Shown here: positions 23,601 through 36,521 of the stretch, piece by piece
Layout: each line of letters opens with the position of its first letter
Position numbering within the stretch: the first letter of the stretch is position 1
Source of the DNA: Macrostomum lignano
Taxonomy: Eukaryota
Assembly (NCBI GenBank): GCA_002269645.1
Contig: NIVC01002688.1
Coordinates: forward strand, 62,001 to 126,000
DNA length: 64,000 bases
Direction: 5' to 3'
Translations under genes and position numbers: made by a program
Notes under the pieces: model-generated
The model's input: only the letters and a program-made list of their open reading frames with translations
The model's database searches: none
What the model was told of the DNA's origin: nothing

Positions 23601-26600
23601 TAAGTAAACCGATGCTATTGGTCAAAAAAAGATAAAATAATAATTGATATTGGAATAAACTATACAAGTAGCATACACACCCGTCCTTTCGTTTATCCTT
23701 CATGCTTGCTAAATTTTCCAGAACGTGCTGGGTTTCGACATTAGCATTGTCTTCGTCCGCATTAACTGGCTGCGAGTCGTTCACGAACAGCGTGTAGCCT
23801 CCGAACCTCTTTCGGTAGTACTCCATCACTGTCGACTGGATGTAGTTTGTCAGGTTGTAGCCCTGCATGCTCTCCACAATGTCGGAGCTCATCAGAGACT
23901 TCCGAGCTGGCGTTGGCCAGTCAACGCACTTGGCGCTGTTCGGGTAGTCCTTGTACGAGCACTGACACCACGATGTGTTGCTGGGCAGGTTGCTGGGAGT
24001 CTCAGACCACACAGAGCCTCGTCGCTGCGTCTTGCACGGGAAGTCGGGGTTGCTGAACACATCCTCTCGCATGCAGCGAGTTCCGAGGAAGTCCGTGCTG
24101 TTCATGTGCAGCATCAGCCGGTTGGACAGGTCGGTCAGGCTGTGGTTGTTTGGGTAGGCGGTCAGGCTGCGGCTCTGGAACACTGATAGGTCCTTGAGGC
24201 GAGATCGCTCAGGCTTGCCGAGCATGTACCAGGGCGCCAGCTCCATCGGTGGACTGTCGCCGTCTTTGGGCACAATTTGCAGCAGAGCGAGGGTCAATAG
24301 GATAAAGACTGCAGGCAGCACAAACTCGGCGAGGAATCCGATCTTTGAGCGACGCAGAACGTAAAAGCGTTTGAACCAGAGCGCCTTGATCTGCTGCCAC
24401 ATCGGTCGGGTAGTCTGACGCAACCCTTTTAGAGCTGATAGATCTAATGTAGTATTTCTGGACGATAGACGAAGTTTTGAACTGGATAAAAGTTGCCTTT
24501 TTTCATTTAGCTTGCTTCCACCAATTGATTCTGGAATCTCCACGAGAGAGGATTTCGGTGTTTCTCCAACCCATTCTGATTCGTAGCCAGTTACAGAGAG
24601 AAAGATCTCCTCAAGCGAGCTGTCCTCAATTCCATACGTTGCAATATGAAGATCTGTCATTCTTTTTTCCAAATTACCAAATAGAGAGGCCAACTTAGTC
24701 TCGGAAGTGTATGGCAGCTTTACGTTTATTTCACTGGAAGTACAATCTCCTAGAAAAGCATCTGGAACCTTGGACTGCACCAAATCCAGTACTTTATCCG
24801 TGTCGCACTCTAAGGACGCCTTTACCAGAGTCAGGGTGTAGCCCTCACCGAACACCCTTTTTAGGAATGTAGGAGAGCCTGAGCACACGAGACGGCCTTT
24901 GTTAATGATGCAGATTCGGTCGCCCAGAATGTCCGCCTCGTCCATGTGGTGGGTGGTCAGGATGATGGTGCGGCCCTGACGGAACTTCGCCAACACGTCC
25001 CAGATCGAGCGACGCGCGTGTGGGTCGACGCCTAAAATTCGCAGTTTTGTTTGTCAAACGGATGGTGGCTGAAAGAAATATCTTGTCGGTACAAAACCGC
25101 CGACTCACCAGCGGTTGGCTCGTCCAGTACGACGACCTTCGATCCGCCGACAAACGCCATGGCGACAGACAGCTTTCGCTTCATCCCGCCTGACAGATTC
25201 TTGCTTATTTCGTACTTCTTTTTCTGTAGGCCGACGTCTGCGATGAACGAGTCAACCTGCTGGGCGACCTCCGTCCGGCTGAGGCCTTTGAGCATGCCGT
25301 AGAAGTAGATGTGGTCCTCCACCGTCAAAGTGTCGAAAAGCACATTGTGCTGAGGACACAGGCCGAGTTGTTGGCGAATCTGGTCCATCTCTGTGCGGAT
25401 GTCGTACCCGCCGATAAAGGCGGTGCCCGATGTTGGTGTGTACAAACCCGTCAGAAGGGACATTGTAGTTGTTTTGCCTTAAATTAAGTGCATGCCCAAA
25501 TATTTCTTTTTGTTTTCAAAAATCAATTTGATTTTAAAAACTACCTTTTTTAATTTAGACAAAAAATTAGACTTTCCTCCATCATCACTTACCAGCACCA
25601 TTGTGGCCCAAAAAAGACGTCACTTGACCTTCAAAAAAATTGTAGCTGAGGTTTTCTACGGCTGAGATCGTCTTTGCCTTTTGACAGGGCCAGTTTCTTG
25701 ATGAAAATATCTTGGTCAAGTTTTTAATTGCAATGCCAACCGGAAGATATTTTGGCTCCGTTTCAAAATGCTCAGGATTCAGATTATGAACAGTTTCGTC
25801 ACTCAGTGGAAGTCCAGGACTCGATTCGTTTATGATTCGTTTATGGTCGATAGACTCCTGAGCCTTGTCCTCTAATTTGCTGGTTCGTTTTTCTGGTTTG
25901 CTAAATTTCCCGCACCAAAACGAGGGTTGGAATGGAAAGAACCATGGCTTGGGCACTCCGAACTCGCCGGGGAAAACTTTCTCAAGGTACCAGGTCAACA
26001 GCATGAGAATTGCGGAGTCTATCCATAGCATTAGAATTACCTGAAAGAGCAATGACGGGCTCTGTAAGATTAATGCGCAAAAGCTAAGATTTGAAATCGG
26101 TTTTTATCGCAATGAGACATTTTTTGACACCACACTATCCCTAGATCGTTATCCAGACTCAGCTTGAGGAAACGAGATCTTGTGAAAACTATTCAAGTAG
26201 TTTTTTTTATTTCAAACAGAAAATTTCTCACCAGGCCGAAGGACAGCTCTCCATTTGCGGCAGGAGAGTCAAAGAAGTTGTCATACTGCAACCCCACGGA
26301 AGCGAGCTCCCAATTGCTGATGAATTTGCAGCCAACTCCGAAAGCCAACTGGGGGATGAGGCAGCTCAGAATGTAGTGCGTCCGAGTCATGCTGTTGCCA
26401 AACGTTTCCAAGAGGTTGAAGGGTAGGTAGCCGGCGAAGTAGATCACTCTGGCAAAGGCAGCTGCTACGCTCGAGTTTGAGAAGAAAATTGACATGAAGA
26501 AGGCCTCAAAAATTGTGCTCACAACAAAAGACACGATGAAAAAGAACAGCAGAAGTGGGTTCGAGTAAATTATAATTTTTCCCATCGATAGCAGCAAGGT

Positions 26601-29600
26601 CATCAGGGCACTGGCGATAGACATGATGGCAAGAGAGGTGATGAACCAGGAGACCCAGTGCACTCCGTCAGACAGTCCCATGATCTTCATCATCTCTTTC
26701 AGGCGCGTCTCTTTCTCGTAGACAATGGCGTTTACTAGCAGCGACACGTTGTAAATCCAGGATACAGTCATGAGCATAGGCAGGAAGGAGCCCATGGCGC
26801 TTATGAATTTGTCGTCAATGAAGCAGGCAGTGGGTAACATGGACATGTAGGTCTGGATCGGCGCGTCCACGCCAGAAATTGCAGCCTGGATTCCCTGTTC
26901 CAGCAGCTCCTGCAGGAGAGATCAGGTTTACCTTATCTTTATGGCGGAATTCTAGTATTGCATGTGAATGAATAATGTTGACAGCTACTTTATGCTTTTG
27001 GGTACGTTTCACGCCATGGTCTTGCTTGGCTTCACTCGTTATATTGACGAGTCGATTGGAACTTATCTGATGGATCAGAACGGTAGCTTTTCGTACACTT
27101 TACTCACTACGAAGTATCAGCAAGTTCTCACCTGGATGTGCAGAAAAAATGAAGTGAAGTACTTGAAGTCTGTGGGAAACTTAGTCCTGGACGTCTCGGT
27201 GTACTTATCGTCGATGACATGAAAATAACGAGTGTCATCCACGTCATCCTCCGGAAAACGCAGCCGGTACTTCACGAAGCCAGACGTCTGATTGTCGAAC
27301 AGCAGGGACGCAATGAAAAGCGGCTTTTTAGCTTCGCTGTGCTGGCCGAACTCGTCGATGAGGTAGCGGGTGTAGTTTTCCAGAGTCTCCAGGCTGCCGA
27401 AGCCGGGCAGCTTGTTCAACCGGAAGCAGGCTGTCATGTAGTACAGCCGGCGCATCAGCGAGTTTGTCAACTTTATTAGACCACGCCAGCTGCCGAAGCT
27501 GCCACCGGGGTCGGGCTTGGGCGCCAAGAATTTCAGCAGGCTGAGGCACATTTCGCCGTTCGACTTGCTGCCCAGAGTTCCGTGGCAAGCCAGCAATGCA
27601 GCCTGGGGTTTTCATTATGAATTGAAGAATGAGAAACTGCAGACTCACAGCCGCTACATCTTCGTGTTGGACCTCATGACTGTCTAATTCCCCCCCTCAG
27701 AGTCATCGAGTTCATGGAGCCCTCTTCCGCTCTCCCAATCTCTGGTGTGCACTCACCCTGATCAGTCGCATCCGATTGCTTTTGCTCACAAACTCTTCGA
27801 GCTCGGGACTAAAGGCCTGAGTGAAGCTCTCAGCCAGGTAGGACAGCCTGCTCATGCCTTGTAGAGTCCGGTTCAGCTGCAGGGTTTGGGTACGGAATTT
27901 TTATGACTATCAGCACAGTTATTAAAATATAATTCAACATCGAGTACGAAATACAACGCTCACTTTTTCGAGAAACTTGCGCGTCCTTGGGGTGTCCGGA
28001 TAGAACGGGATGACGCCGAACATGACTTTGAGAATGCTGCCGAGCCCGATATCCGGCAGGACGTAGCGCAGCGATCCAAAAATGGCCGACTGAGAATTCC
28101 GATCGAGACAGACTGGGGAGTTTAAGCGGTATGGCCGGATATCGCGCTTTGTTAATGCGTGTAGTTTCTTCTTTTTTTAACCGTTGCACAATGTTTACAA
28201 AGGTCTTCTAAATTTGAGTTCAAAGATGAACTTACGATAGGTCAGGACGAGTTTCTGAGTTTTTAGAAGAACGAAAAACCATCGAAAAACGAAAAACTTT
28301 TTACGCACAATACTCGCAGGGGATATGTTTCTAACTCTGCAATCCCTACTTTCTTTTAGACGATCTCTTATTACAGAAAACGAGAGTAAAAACTACCGGA
28401 ATGGTTTACATTTGTTTGAATTCTTACATTTCTCAGGCGGAACAAACTGCTCTAGCAAATCAGCAGCTTGACCCTCCTGATTTTTCTGCTTCAGCTTTTT
28501 AGTATCGTTCCTCCTACTTTGCTGCGCTGCCGCCGCGGCCGCACCGACGTCTCTAGCCTTCCGGTGCAGCGCCCTGGCCGAGTCGTTGCCGTGTGTGCTG
28601 CCCTTCAGCGAGGCGAACTGCTCGACCGGCAGCGACATCAGCGGCTGCAGCTGCTTGCGCAAGCGTTTCGCCACCTTGCTGAACACGGAGCGGCCGCTGC
28701 CGCACAGCACTCGGCTGAGCCGCAGAATCCCCCGCGTGGCCTGGTCCGAGTTGCCGCCGAGCCCGCCAGCCAGCGAGGCAGTCAAGTTCCACAACTCGTC
28801 GAGGGCGGCCAGTCGACCGTTGAGTTTCAAATTTTTCAGCTGCGGAGGAGCAGCGGTTGTTGGTATGGCCTTGGCTTTACATGTGCTTTGACTTATGCGC
28901 ACTGGTTCGCAAATACAAACTTCTGCTCAGTTCCAAGCGTACGCAGTGGCAGCACTGGATGACAACGACCTGTATTGTTATTCGGTAAAAATTTCAGGTC
29001 GTCAGTGGAATTCAATTTTTACTCACCCCAGAAAGCAGCGTCTTCAAGTTAGTCAGGTCATTAAGTTCCAGTTCAATTAGATGTGGATTAGTTTCGGTGG
29101 AAACCATCTGGGTTGAGTAGCGAAATATCGATATCTGTATTATTTGTACTTCGTATATGTATTGTATACGTGTTATTTGTATCTATAACATATCTATAAG
29201 TTCAGCTTCTGGAACTCCATCTGTTCATTTCGTCTTACCTGATCCAGGGCGGCATCCATGTCGAACTGCGACTTCAAATTTTCACGGAATTTTGCCTGTT
29301 CACAGAGTGTCGCCACAGTCAGCCATCCGTCATCGCCTCCGCCACCGCTGCCACAGACTACGGCTGGTAGCGTTTCCGTCATCCGCATCAGCGGCTCCAG
29401 CATCAGCCGTTCCACCGGGCCTGCAGACAAATGCCAGCGCTGTGGGTTTTGGGCACGAGTGAGGGTTGCATTGTGCGGGGTTCGGGCATGAGTGAGGATT
29501 GCATTGTGCGGGGTTCGGGCACGAGTGAGGGGCTGCATTGTGCGGGGTTCGGGCATGAGTGAGGATTGCATTGTGCGGGGTTTGGGCATGAGTGAGGGCT

Positions 29601-31226
29601 GCATTGTGCGGGGTTCGGGCATGAGTGAGGGTTGCATTGTGCGGGGTTCGGGCACGAGTGAGGGCTGCATTGTGCGGGGTTCGGGCACGAGTGAGGGCTG
29701 CATTGTGCGGGGTTCGGGCATGAGTGAGGGTTGCATTGTGCGGGGTTCGGGCATGAGTGAGGGTTGCATTGTGCGGGGTTCGGGCATGAGTGAGGATTGC
29801 ATTGTGCGGGGTTCGGGCATGAGTGAGGGCTGCATTGTGCGGGGTTCGGGCATGAGTGAGGGTTGCATTGTGCGGGGTTCGGGCACGAGTGAGGGCTGCA
29901 TTGTGCGGGGTTCGGGCATGAGTGAGGGTTGCATTGTGCGGGGTTCGGGCACGAGTGAGGGCTGCATTGTGCGGGGTTTCGGGTAGAGGCAAAATGCAGA
30001 CAGACCAGATGCTCACTTTTGGAAATCGAAATTCTGCCTTTGCAAAATCTTTTTTCTGCGCTACCGTCGCGTCCACCCCGCTAAGCAGGGCCGTTGCGCC
30101 GCCGAACACCGAGCTGAGCTGTATAAGCTTCATGTCTGGGGAAACAAGGGAATGGACTTTCTCTGATCATCTAATTAAACGTTAGTTTTCTAAGCACTCT
30201 CTTTGCTTCCACATAAGCTGTGTCGTTGCTCACTGCTCACCTGTGTCATTGGCACCGGCGGGCACGGCCATGACAGCCTTCGCAAACTTCCTGACCGTGG
30301 GGTTGGTCAGAACCAGGTTGGCTGCTCGCAACACCTGGGTTATGTTTCGGAACCTGGAATATGCAGGAATGAGGACAGACAGGTACACCAGCTAGATTGG
30401 GTCATGGAAACCCAGACCTAGAAATTGGAAAGGTTACGAGCTATCTGCTGACCCAACAGCAGCAGCCCGACCGGATCGGGGAGTCTTTGACACTAATAAA
30501 TAGAATTGGAACTGCTGCTTCACCAGTTAAATTGGCTCATGTACTACTAGAGATTAATTAACTGGAATTGAAACGCCAATAAAGTTTGCCTTGCTGGCTC
30601 CTTACTCGGTGTCGTTGAACAGCCCCGCGTCCGAGCTGAAGTTCTGATCGCCCTGCTGGCAGACGCCCAGGTGGCAGAAGGCCCGGAGCGCCGCCAGCGG
30701 CCCCTTCGAGGCCAGGGCGGCCGGCTTGAACTGGCAGGCCGACGAGGCGTGTCTGAAGTCGCGCGAGTGCCGGACAATCAGCAGGAGAAGGAATGACAGC
30801 AGCGGGGCCAAGATCTCTAGCGCTGTGGCGCCCTGGTGGGGTGAGAGAAGGAAGTGGGTGCTACTTCACAGCCGCAGCCCACTGAGCTACGGATTGCACT
30901 GAGCCTTGTGACTGAAAATCCAGTCAGTAGCACAGAAACTGAGCCCTGTGACTGAAAATCCTGTCAGTAGCACAGAAACTGAGCCCTGTGACTGGAAATC
31001 CAGTCAGAAGCACAGAAACTGAGCCCTGTTACTGAAAATCCTGTCAGAAGCACGGGAGCCCGAAAGTCAATCGTATGCGATTTTCCTGACCCCCAGTGGC
31101 ACAATTGCTGCCCTGGTCCTGCCTGGTGCTTTGTAAAGCGAGGCTCTAAAAACTTACAGGGTTTCGCTGCTTCAGCTTGAAATTTTTCCACTGCAGGATG
31201 TAGATCTTCTTGAGAAAGCCCAGCAT
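20656..31226 (-). CDS. ABCA-subfamily full transporter, copy A (complete, multi-exon)
   Basis: Exon 1 (31158..31226) [23 protein letters not shown] matches the ABCA N-terminus. Also [19 protein letters not shown]1 [24 protein letters not shown], and NBD2 [26 protein letters not shown]. Last exon 20656..20700 [14 protein letters not shown]. Confidence 0.95.
29445..29980. repeat. 33-bp minisatellite (~16 copies) in ABCA-A intron 29440..30016
   Basis: Unit gagtgagggttgcattgtgcggggttcgggcat. The array runs into the 3' splice site. Confidence 0.95.
30895..31052. repeat. 40-bp tandem repeat (~4 copies) in ABCA-A intron 1
   Basis: tgagccctgtgactgaaaatcctgtcagtagcacagaaac, period 40. Confidence 0.9.
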
Positions 31227-33161
31227 AGTCGGCAGAGCAGTTTGGAGTTATGCAGCTGCAACTCAGAAGCGGTGACTTGAAATCGCGCATGAATTCATGC
31301 TATTGAATTAGATTCGCAACGCTATCTGCTGATGACAGGAGCGCTTGGACTGAGTATTCTAACAAATTAACAAACCTGATTGCACAAAGCGTCAGAAGTT
31401 ACTAAAAGCAGAATGAGCTTTCTGGCCATAGACGCTAAAAAAAGACTCGTAAAAAGGTACGAGTAAAAATCAGGTTGGCGAAAAACTAAGAAAAGCCTTA
31501 ATTAGTACAAAGGTCAACTTGACAAGTTGACAACTTGAACCAGGATTAAGTTGTCCTTGCCTTAGCCCTTAGTATAGAAATTGCTCGGACAGTCACAGTG
31601 AAGGCTGGGTACACATTAATTGTCAATTTGGTGGCAGACTATAGTGGCAGACTCTTGTGACAGACTCTTGGATCGGGAGGATGTGAGTGCACATATTCTA
31701 AATATTTAGTCGCGGGGGGGCACTAACCAAGCAATGCAGTCGACCCGCATCAAAAGATCGAGGTGGCAATAAAAACATTTCTATCGAAGACAAATATTTT
31801 AGTCAACGTATTTGCTTATCACTTAAATGATAAAAACCTGATAAAACAATTTTGCATCGAGAATTTAAAGTTTAGTCTGCTGTTTATTCAAAAGTATGGC
31901 ATATGATTTCCTGTTTTTTCAAAAAATAATTATGCGGACTTTCGATATTTTGTTTATTTAAGTTGCGATAAAGTTATGTATCATTTTGAACAGCGCTTGT
32001 ATCTAAGAAACAGTAAGAAACTTCTCCCCTGAAAATGGTATTATTGTTCTAATTGTAGTATAATAAAAAATAGAAAGTTTGCTGAGTACTCCGAAAATTC
32101 TCCTAGAAGCTTACTTCAAACAAGTGCGGGTTTTTCATTTCGGTATGTACAATATATTTTCTGATAAATGCCACCCTTACATGTATGGAATGTTGAAATA
32201 AATTAGTATAGCATACATATATTAACATAAAAGCGAAAAGGTGAATGAAACGAATAAATTAATTTAATTTAACTCTCTTGCATTATTGAATATTGTCTTT
32301 CTAATACCAGTACTTTCACTTTAGTGATTCATTGTATGGTTGTATTGAATGAATATCATTTTCTTATGCATCATGATTGTGGGTGATGGTGAAATTCCTT
32401 TGCTTCATTCAAGAAGTATAAGCTATTTATCTTTATCATCATATTTATCATCAATGGTTTTTATTTTGCTTAGACAGTGTATTATTTGATCTATTAAATT
32501 TTGTAAATTTAGGTATATTTTTTTAAATCTCTCATCAATATATCTACAAACAAATATTTTATTTCTAGCATATTGGATTTGTTCCAGTTTAGCCATTTTT
32601 GCTGATCAAAGAGTCCATATTTGTGATAATTTTACCTTTGCTTCTATTTTTAATTTTAGGGAATAATCTATAGTATATGTACATATGGCTGTTAGGCATA
32701 GCTTCTTCTACTTTGGTAGCTATATGAGAAATTGATATAAATAAATAAAATTAAATTATTGCTTTGATAAAAAACAATTTATTTTATTTGAAATATATTA
32801 CAAAACTACTTTCATTGTTTCAAGATGTTAAAACATGCTCGTTTTTTAAATTTCATTAAATTTCATATAATTTCACAAATATTAAAAAGCATTTTCATAT
32901 GTATTTCTATAAAGTATTTATATATCACTTTATAACTGATCATTGAATTTAATTATAATTCCATGTTCCAATGTCTTTTGTCTGATTATTAATTTTAGGC
33001 TTTAAAGCACTTGTGTTTGCTGTTCATCGCATTTTTGTTTTTGAATTCAACAGAAATCAGTTTTTGTTAGCATAGAAAGTGATTTATGTATCATCATTAT
33101 CTGCCATCGCGAAACCTTAAGTATTGAGCCAAGTAAGCGAAATTTACTTTTTAGAATCGAA

Positions 33162-36100
33162 ATGAAGGCCTTCTTCAGACACATCTACCTGCTGCAATGG
33201 AAGAACGCCAAACTCAAACAGCGAAACAAGGTATTTGAGAAATTAAATATTGTTCTCATCATCAGGAAAACTCTCAGGTGCAATTCAATTCACTGCTTTC
33301 CCTCGCAGGTTCGAACCCTGTTCGAGGTGATCGCCCCGCTGCTGTCCTTCCTAATCCTCATTGCCGTGCGCCAGTCCCAGGACTTCTACCAGCAGTCCCC
33401 GGACTGCCAGTTCAAGCCGACCGCCCTGGCCTCCAAGGGCCCCCTAGTGGCCCTCCGCTCCTTCTGCTTCCTGGGCGTCTGTCGCCAAGGCAACCAGTCT
33501 TTCGGGGTCGATTCCGGCCTGCTTAATGACACAGAGTGAGTCCTGTTCTCAGCATGCAGTACATTTTAATCAAAACGGTCGTTTTCGTTTCCTTTAACTC
33601 TAATAAGGCAGAGCAGCATTTCTTATTTCATGACTGCCTGCACTTTTGCCATGATTTAGCACGAGTTCTCTACGTCTCTGTCCCCACTCTCTCTCTATCA
33701 TAAATCATAATTACTTTGGCCATTCCAAGTTCGCGTGCAAAAATAATTTTCGCACAGTTCTATCCGCGCTGCGTCACCGGCCACTGGCTCCGGCCTCTGC
33801 ACTTTGCCCTCCACCCGACACACACAACAGTGTAGATAACGCTATGCACTGGGCCTGCTCTTATCTCTGATCGACTGCCGCACCTCTGCCCTGCCTCTCT
33901 GTCCCATCTTGTCTACCTCTTCGTGTACCTCAACTTTCTCTCTCTCTACCTTTCTATCTCAATGCCATCGCGCTCCTTTCTGCCCTCCTTAGTGGGAGCT
34001 CCATTGTTTTTATCGGGGCCATCCAGTCTGAACTCGCCCTCGGCTCGGTCAACCAGCCTCTGAGAACAATTGGGCGCGCTTAATGGCCCCGAGTCGCTGT
34101 TATTTTGTCTAGCCCCTCCACCCCCTCCGAGTGCTCGGGCATGATCGGAGTGCCTCAAGGTTTTTTCGTCTCTTTTCGGTCCTGTCGCTTTGCTCTTAGC
34201 AGGCCCAGGTATAGCTCTCAGTAAACCAGCTGAGGGCTGCTGCTCTGGGCCTGGCTGTTGATGAGAACCCTTCTGGAGCAGGTCTAGATAGTTTATACTT
34301 TTGTCACAATAATCAAATGGATTCCAGTGCTTTCAGCTTCTTGATTAACTGGTTATTAGTGCGTCTGTCCGTTTGAGTTCGTCACAAGATGAAGTGTTTT
34401 GAAATTTAGAGTATCAAAGCACTTGGCTGAACAGGACAGACGGGTCCAGTTCTCTGCAGCCCAGCTGCTCCATCACATCCATGCTGGTCCAGTTCTCTGC
34501 AGCCCAGCTGCTCCATCACATCCATGCTGGTCCAGTTCTCTGCAGCCCAGCTGCTCCATCACATCCATGCTGGTCCAGTTCTCTGCAGCCCAGCTGCTCC
34601 ATCACATCCATGCTGGTCCAGTTCTCTGCAGCCCAGCTGCTCCATCACATCCATGCTGGTTCAGTTCTCTGCAGCCCAGCTGCTCCATCACATCCATGCT
34701 GGTTCAGTTCTCTGCAGCCCAGCTGCTCCATCACATCCATGCTGGTCCAGTTCTCTGCAACCCAGCTGCTCCATCACATCCATGCTGGTCCAGTTCTCTG
34801 CAGCCCAGCTGCTCCATCACATCCATGCTGGTCCAGTTCTCTGCAACCCAGCTGCTCCATCACATCCATGCTGGTCCAGTTCTCTGCAGCCCAGCTGCTC
34901 CATCACATCCATGCTGGTCCAGTTCTCTGCAACCCAGCTGGTCCATCACACCCATGCTGGTCCAGTTCTCTGCAACCCAGCTGCTCCATCACATCCATGC
35001 ATCACAGTCTACCCGCTAATTATGATGAGTTTCGCTGGTAAAACGCAACCGCAGGTACCGGAACTTGTCCAAGACGCTGCAGTTCGCCAACGGAGCGCTG
35101 GCCAACCCAACCGTGCGGAAGATCGCCGGAGCGCTCGCCTCGCTGCCCACCAACTGGAGCGACCCGAGCCGTGAGTGCCTTGAGCAGCAAAAAGTCTGCG
35201 TTGCTATCTTCATTTTTAGCATTTCTTTGTTTAATGAGAACCGCAACCGATTGCAAACCTGCAGAGGCCAAGCCGATCCTCCTGGGCTCGTTGTTCAAGA
35301 GCAACTCGTCCCAGCTGTTCGACGGAGTCGCCGCCACGGCTGAGCAGCGGCAGGCTGTCTATGCTGCCAGCTTCCCCTTCCCTGCGGTGAGCGCTTCAGA
35401 GCCTGCAGAATCCCCTAGCTGCTCAGTCCAGTGACTGCAGAACCCCAGCTGCTCAGTCTAATGATTGCAGAACCCCAGCTGCTCAGTCCAGTGACTGCAG
35501 AACCCCAGCTGCTCAGTCTAGTGACTGCAGAACCCCAGCTGCTCAGTCTGGTGACTGCAGAACCCCAGCTGCTCAGTCTGGTGACTGCAGAACCCCAGCT
35601 GCTCAGTCTGGTGACTGCAGAACCCCAGCTGCTCAGTCTGGTGACTGCAGAACCCCAGCTGCTCAGTCTAGTGACTGCAGAACCCCAGCTGCTCAGTCTG
35701 GTGACTGCAGAACCCCAGCTGCTCAGTCTGGTGACTGCAGAACCCCAGCTGCTCAGTCTGGTGACTGCAGAACCCCAGCTGCTCAGTCTGGTGACTGCAG
35801 AACCCCAGCTGCTCAGTCCAATGACTGCCACCCCACATCACTCCCGCAGCGCTGGGACCTGTCCGTCAGTCCGTCGGTTCGAGTCGCCCTGTCGATGGCA
35901 CTGCTCAGCTCCGGTGCGGTGCCCACCCTGGTGTGCTCGGGCGCCAGCAGCGGCGTCAAAAACTGGATGGACGTGAAGGCTCTGTGCAACCAGACCGCCT
36001 TCAGGAACAATCTGAAGGATCAGTTTGAGCTAGACAAAGCTCTGGACCAGGTGAGACGCTCTCCCACGCAGTTCTAATTTACATCTCCTTTCTCAGCACA

Positions 36101-36474
36101 CCAAGTCACCTACCTTTGCTGTTCTGTCGTTCCAGATGACCTCAACTTTGCCCAACAAGCAGACGATCAGCGTGGAGCTGTCCGACGTCACCAACATTGT
36201 GCTCCTCTTTCAGGAGGTCAGAAAAAGCTTTGCTTTTGCGTGTTTCACTTTCTTATTTTAAGGAAATCTGCTTCTGCTTTCCAGACTACTGATATAAGTA
36301 GCAATCCTCGCATTTTAATATTAAAATCTAAGAAACAATGAAAGACAACCTTGTTGGATTCATTTCCGTAGAACTTGTGCCGCTCATTCATCTTCTGATT
36401 CAGTTCGACCAAATTAGAAAGGACGGCACGCTGAATGTCTTCAGCGACATCTACAGAAACTTGAGAGCTCTGAT

Positions 36475-36521
<47 letters not shown>

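Noticed and set aside
31598-31615. Harbinger-like TIR motif ggctgggtacac
   Set aside because: No matching inverted partner or TSD was found.
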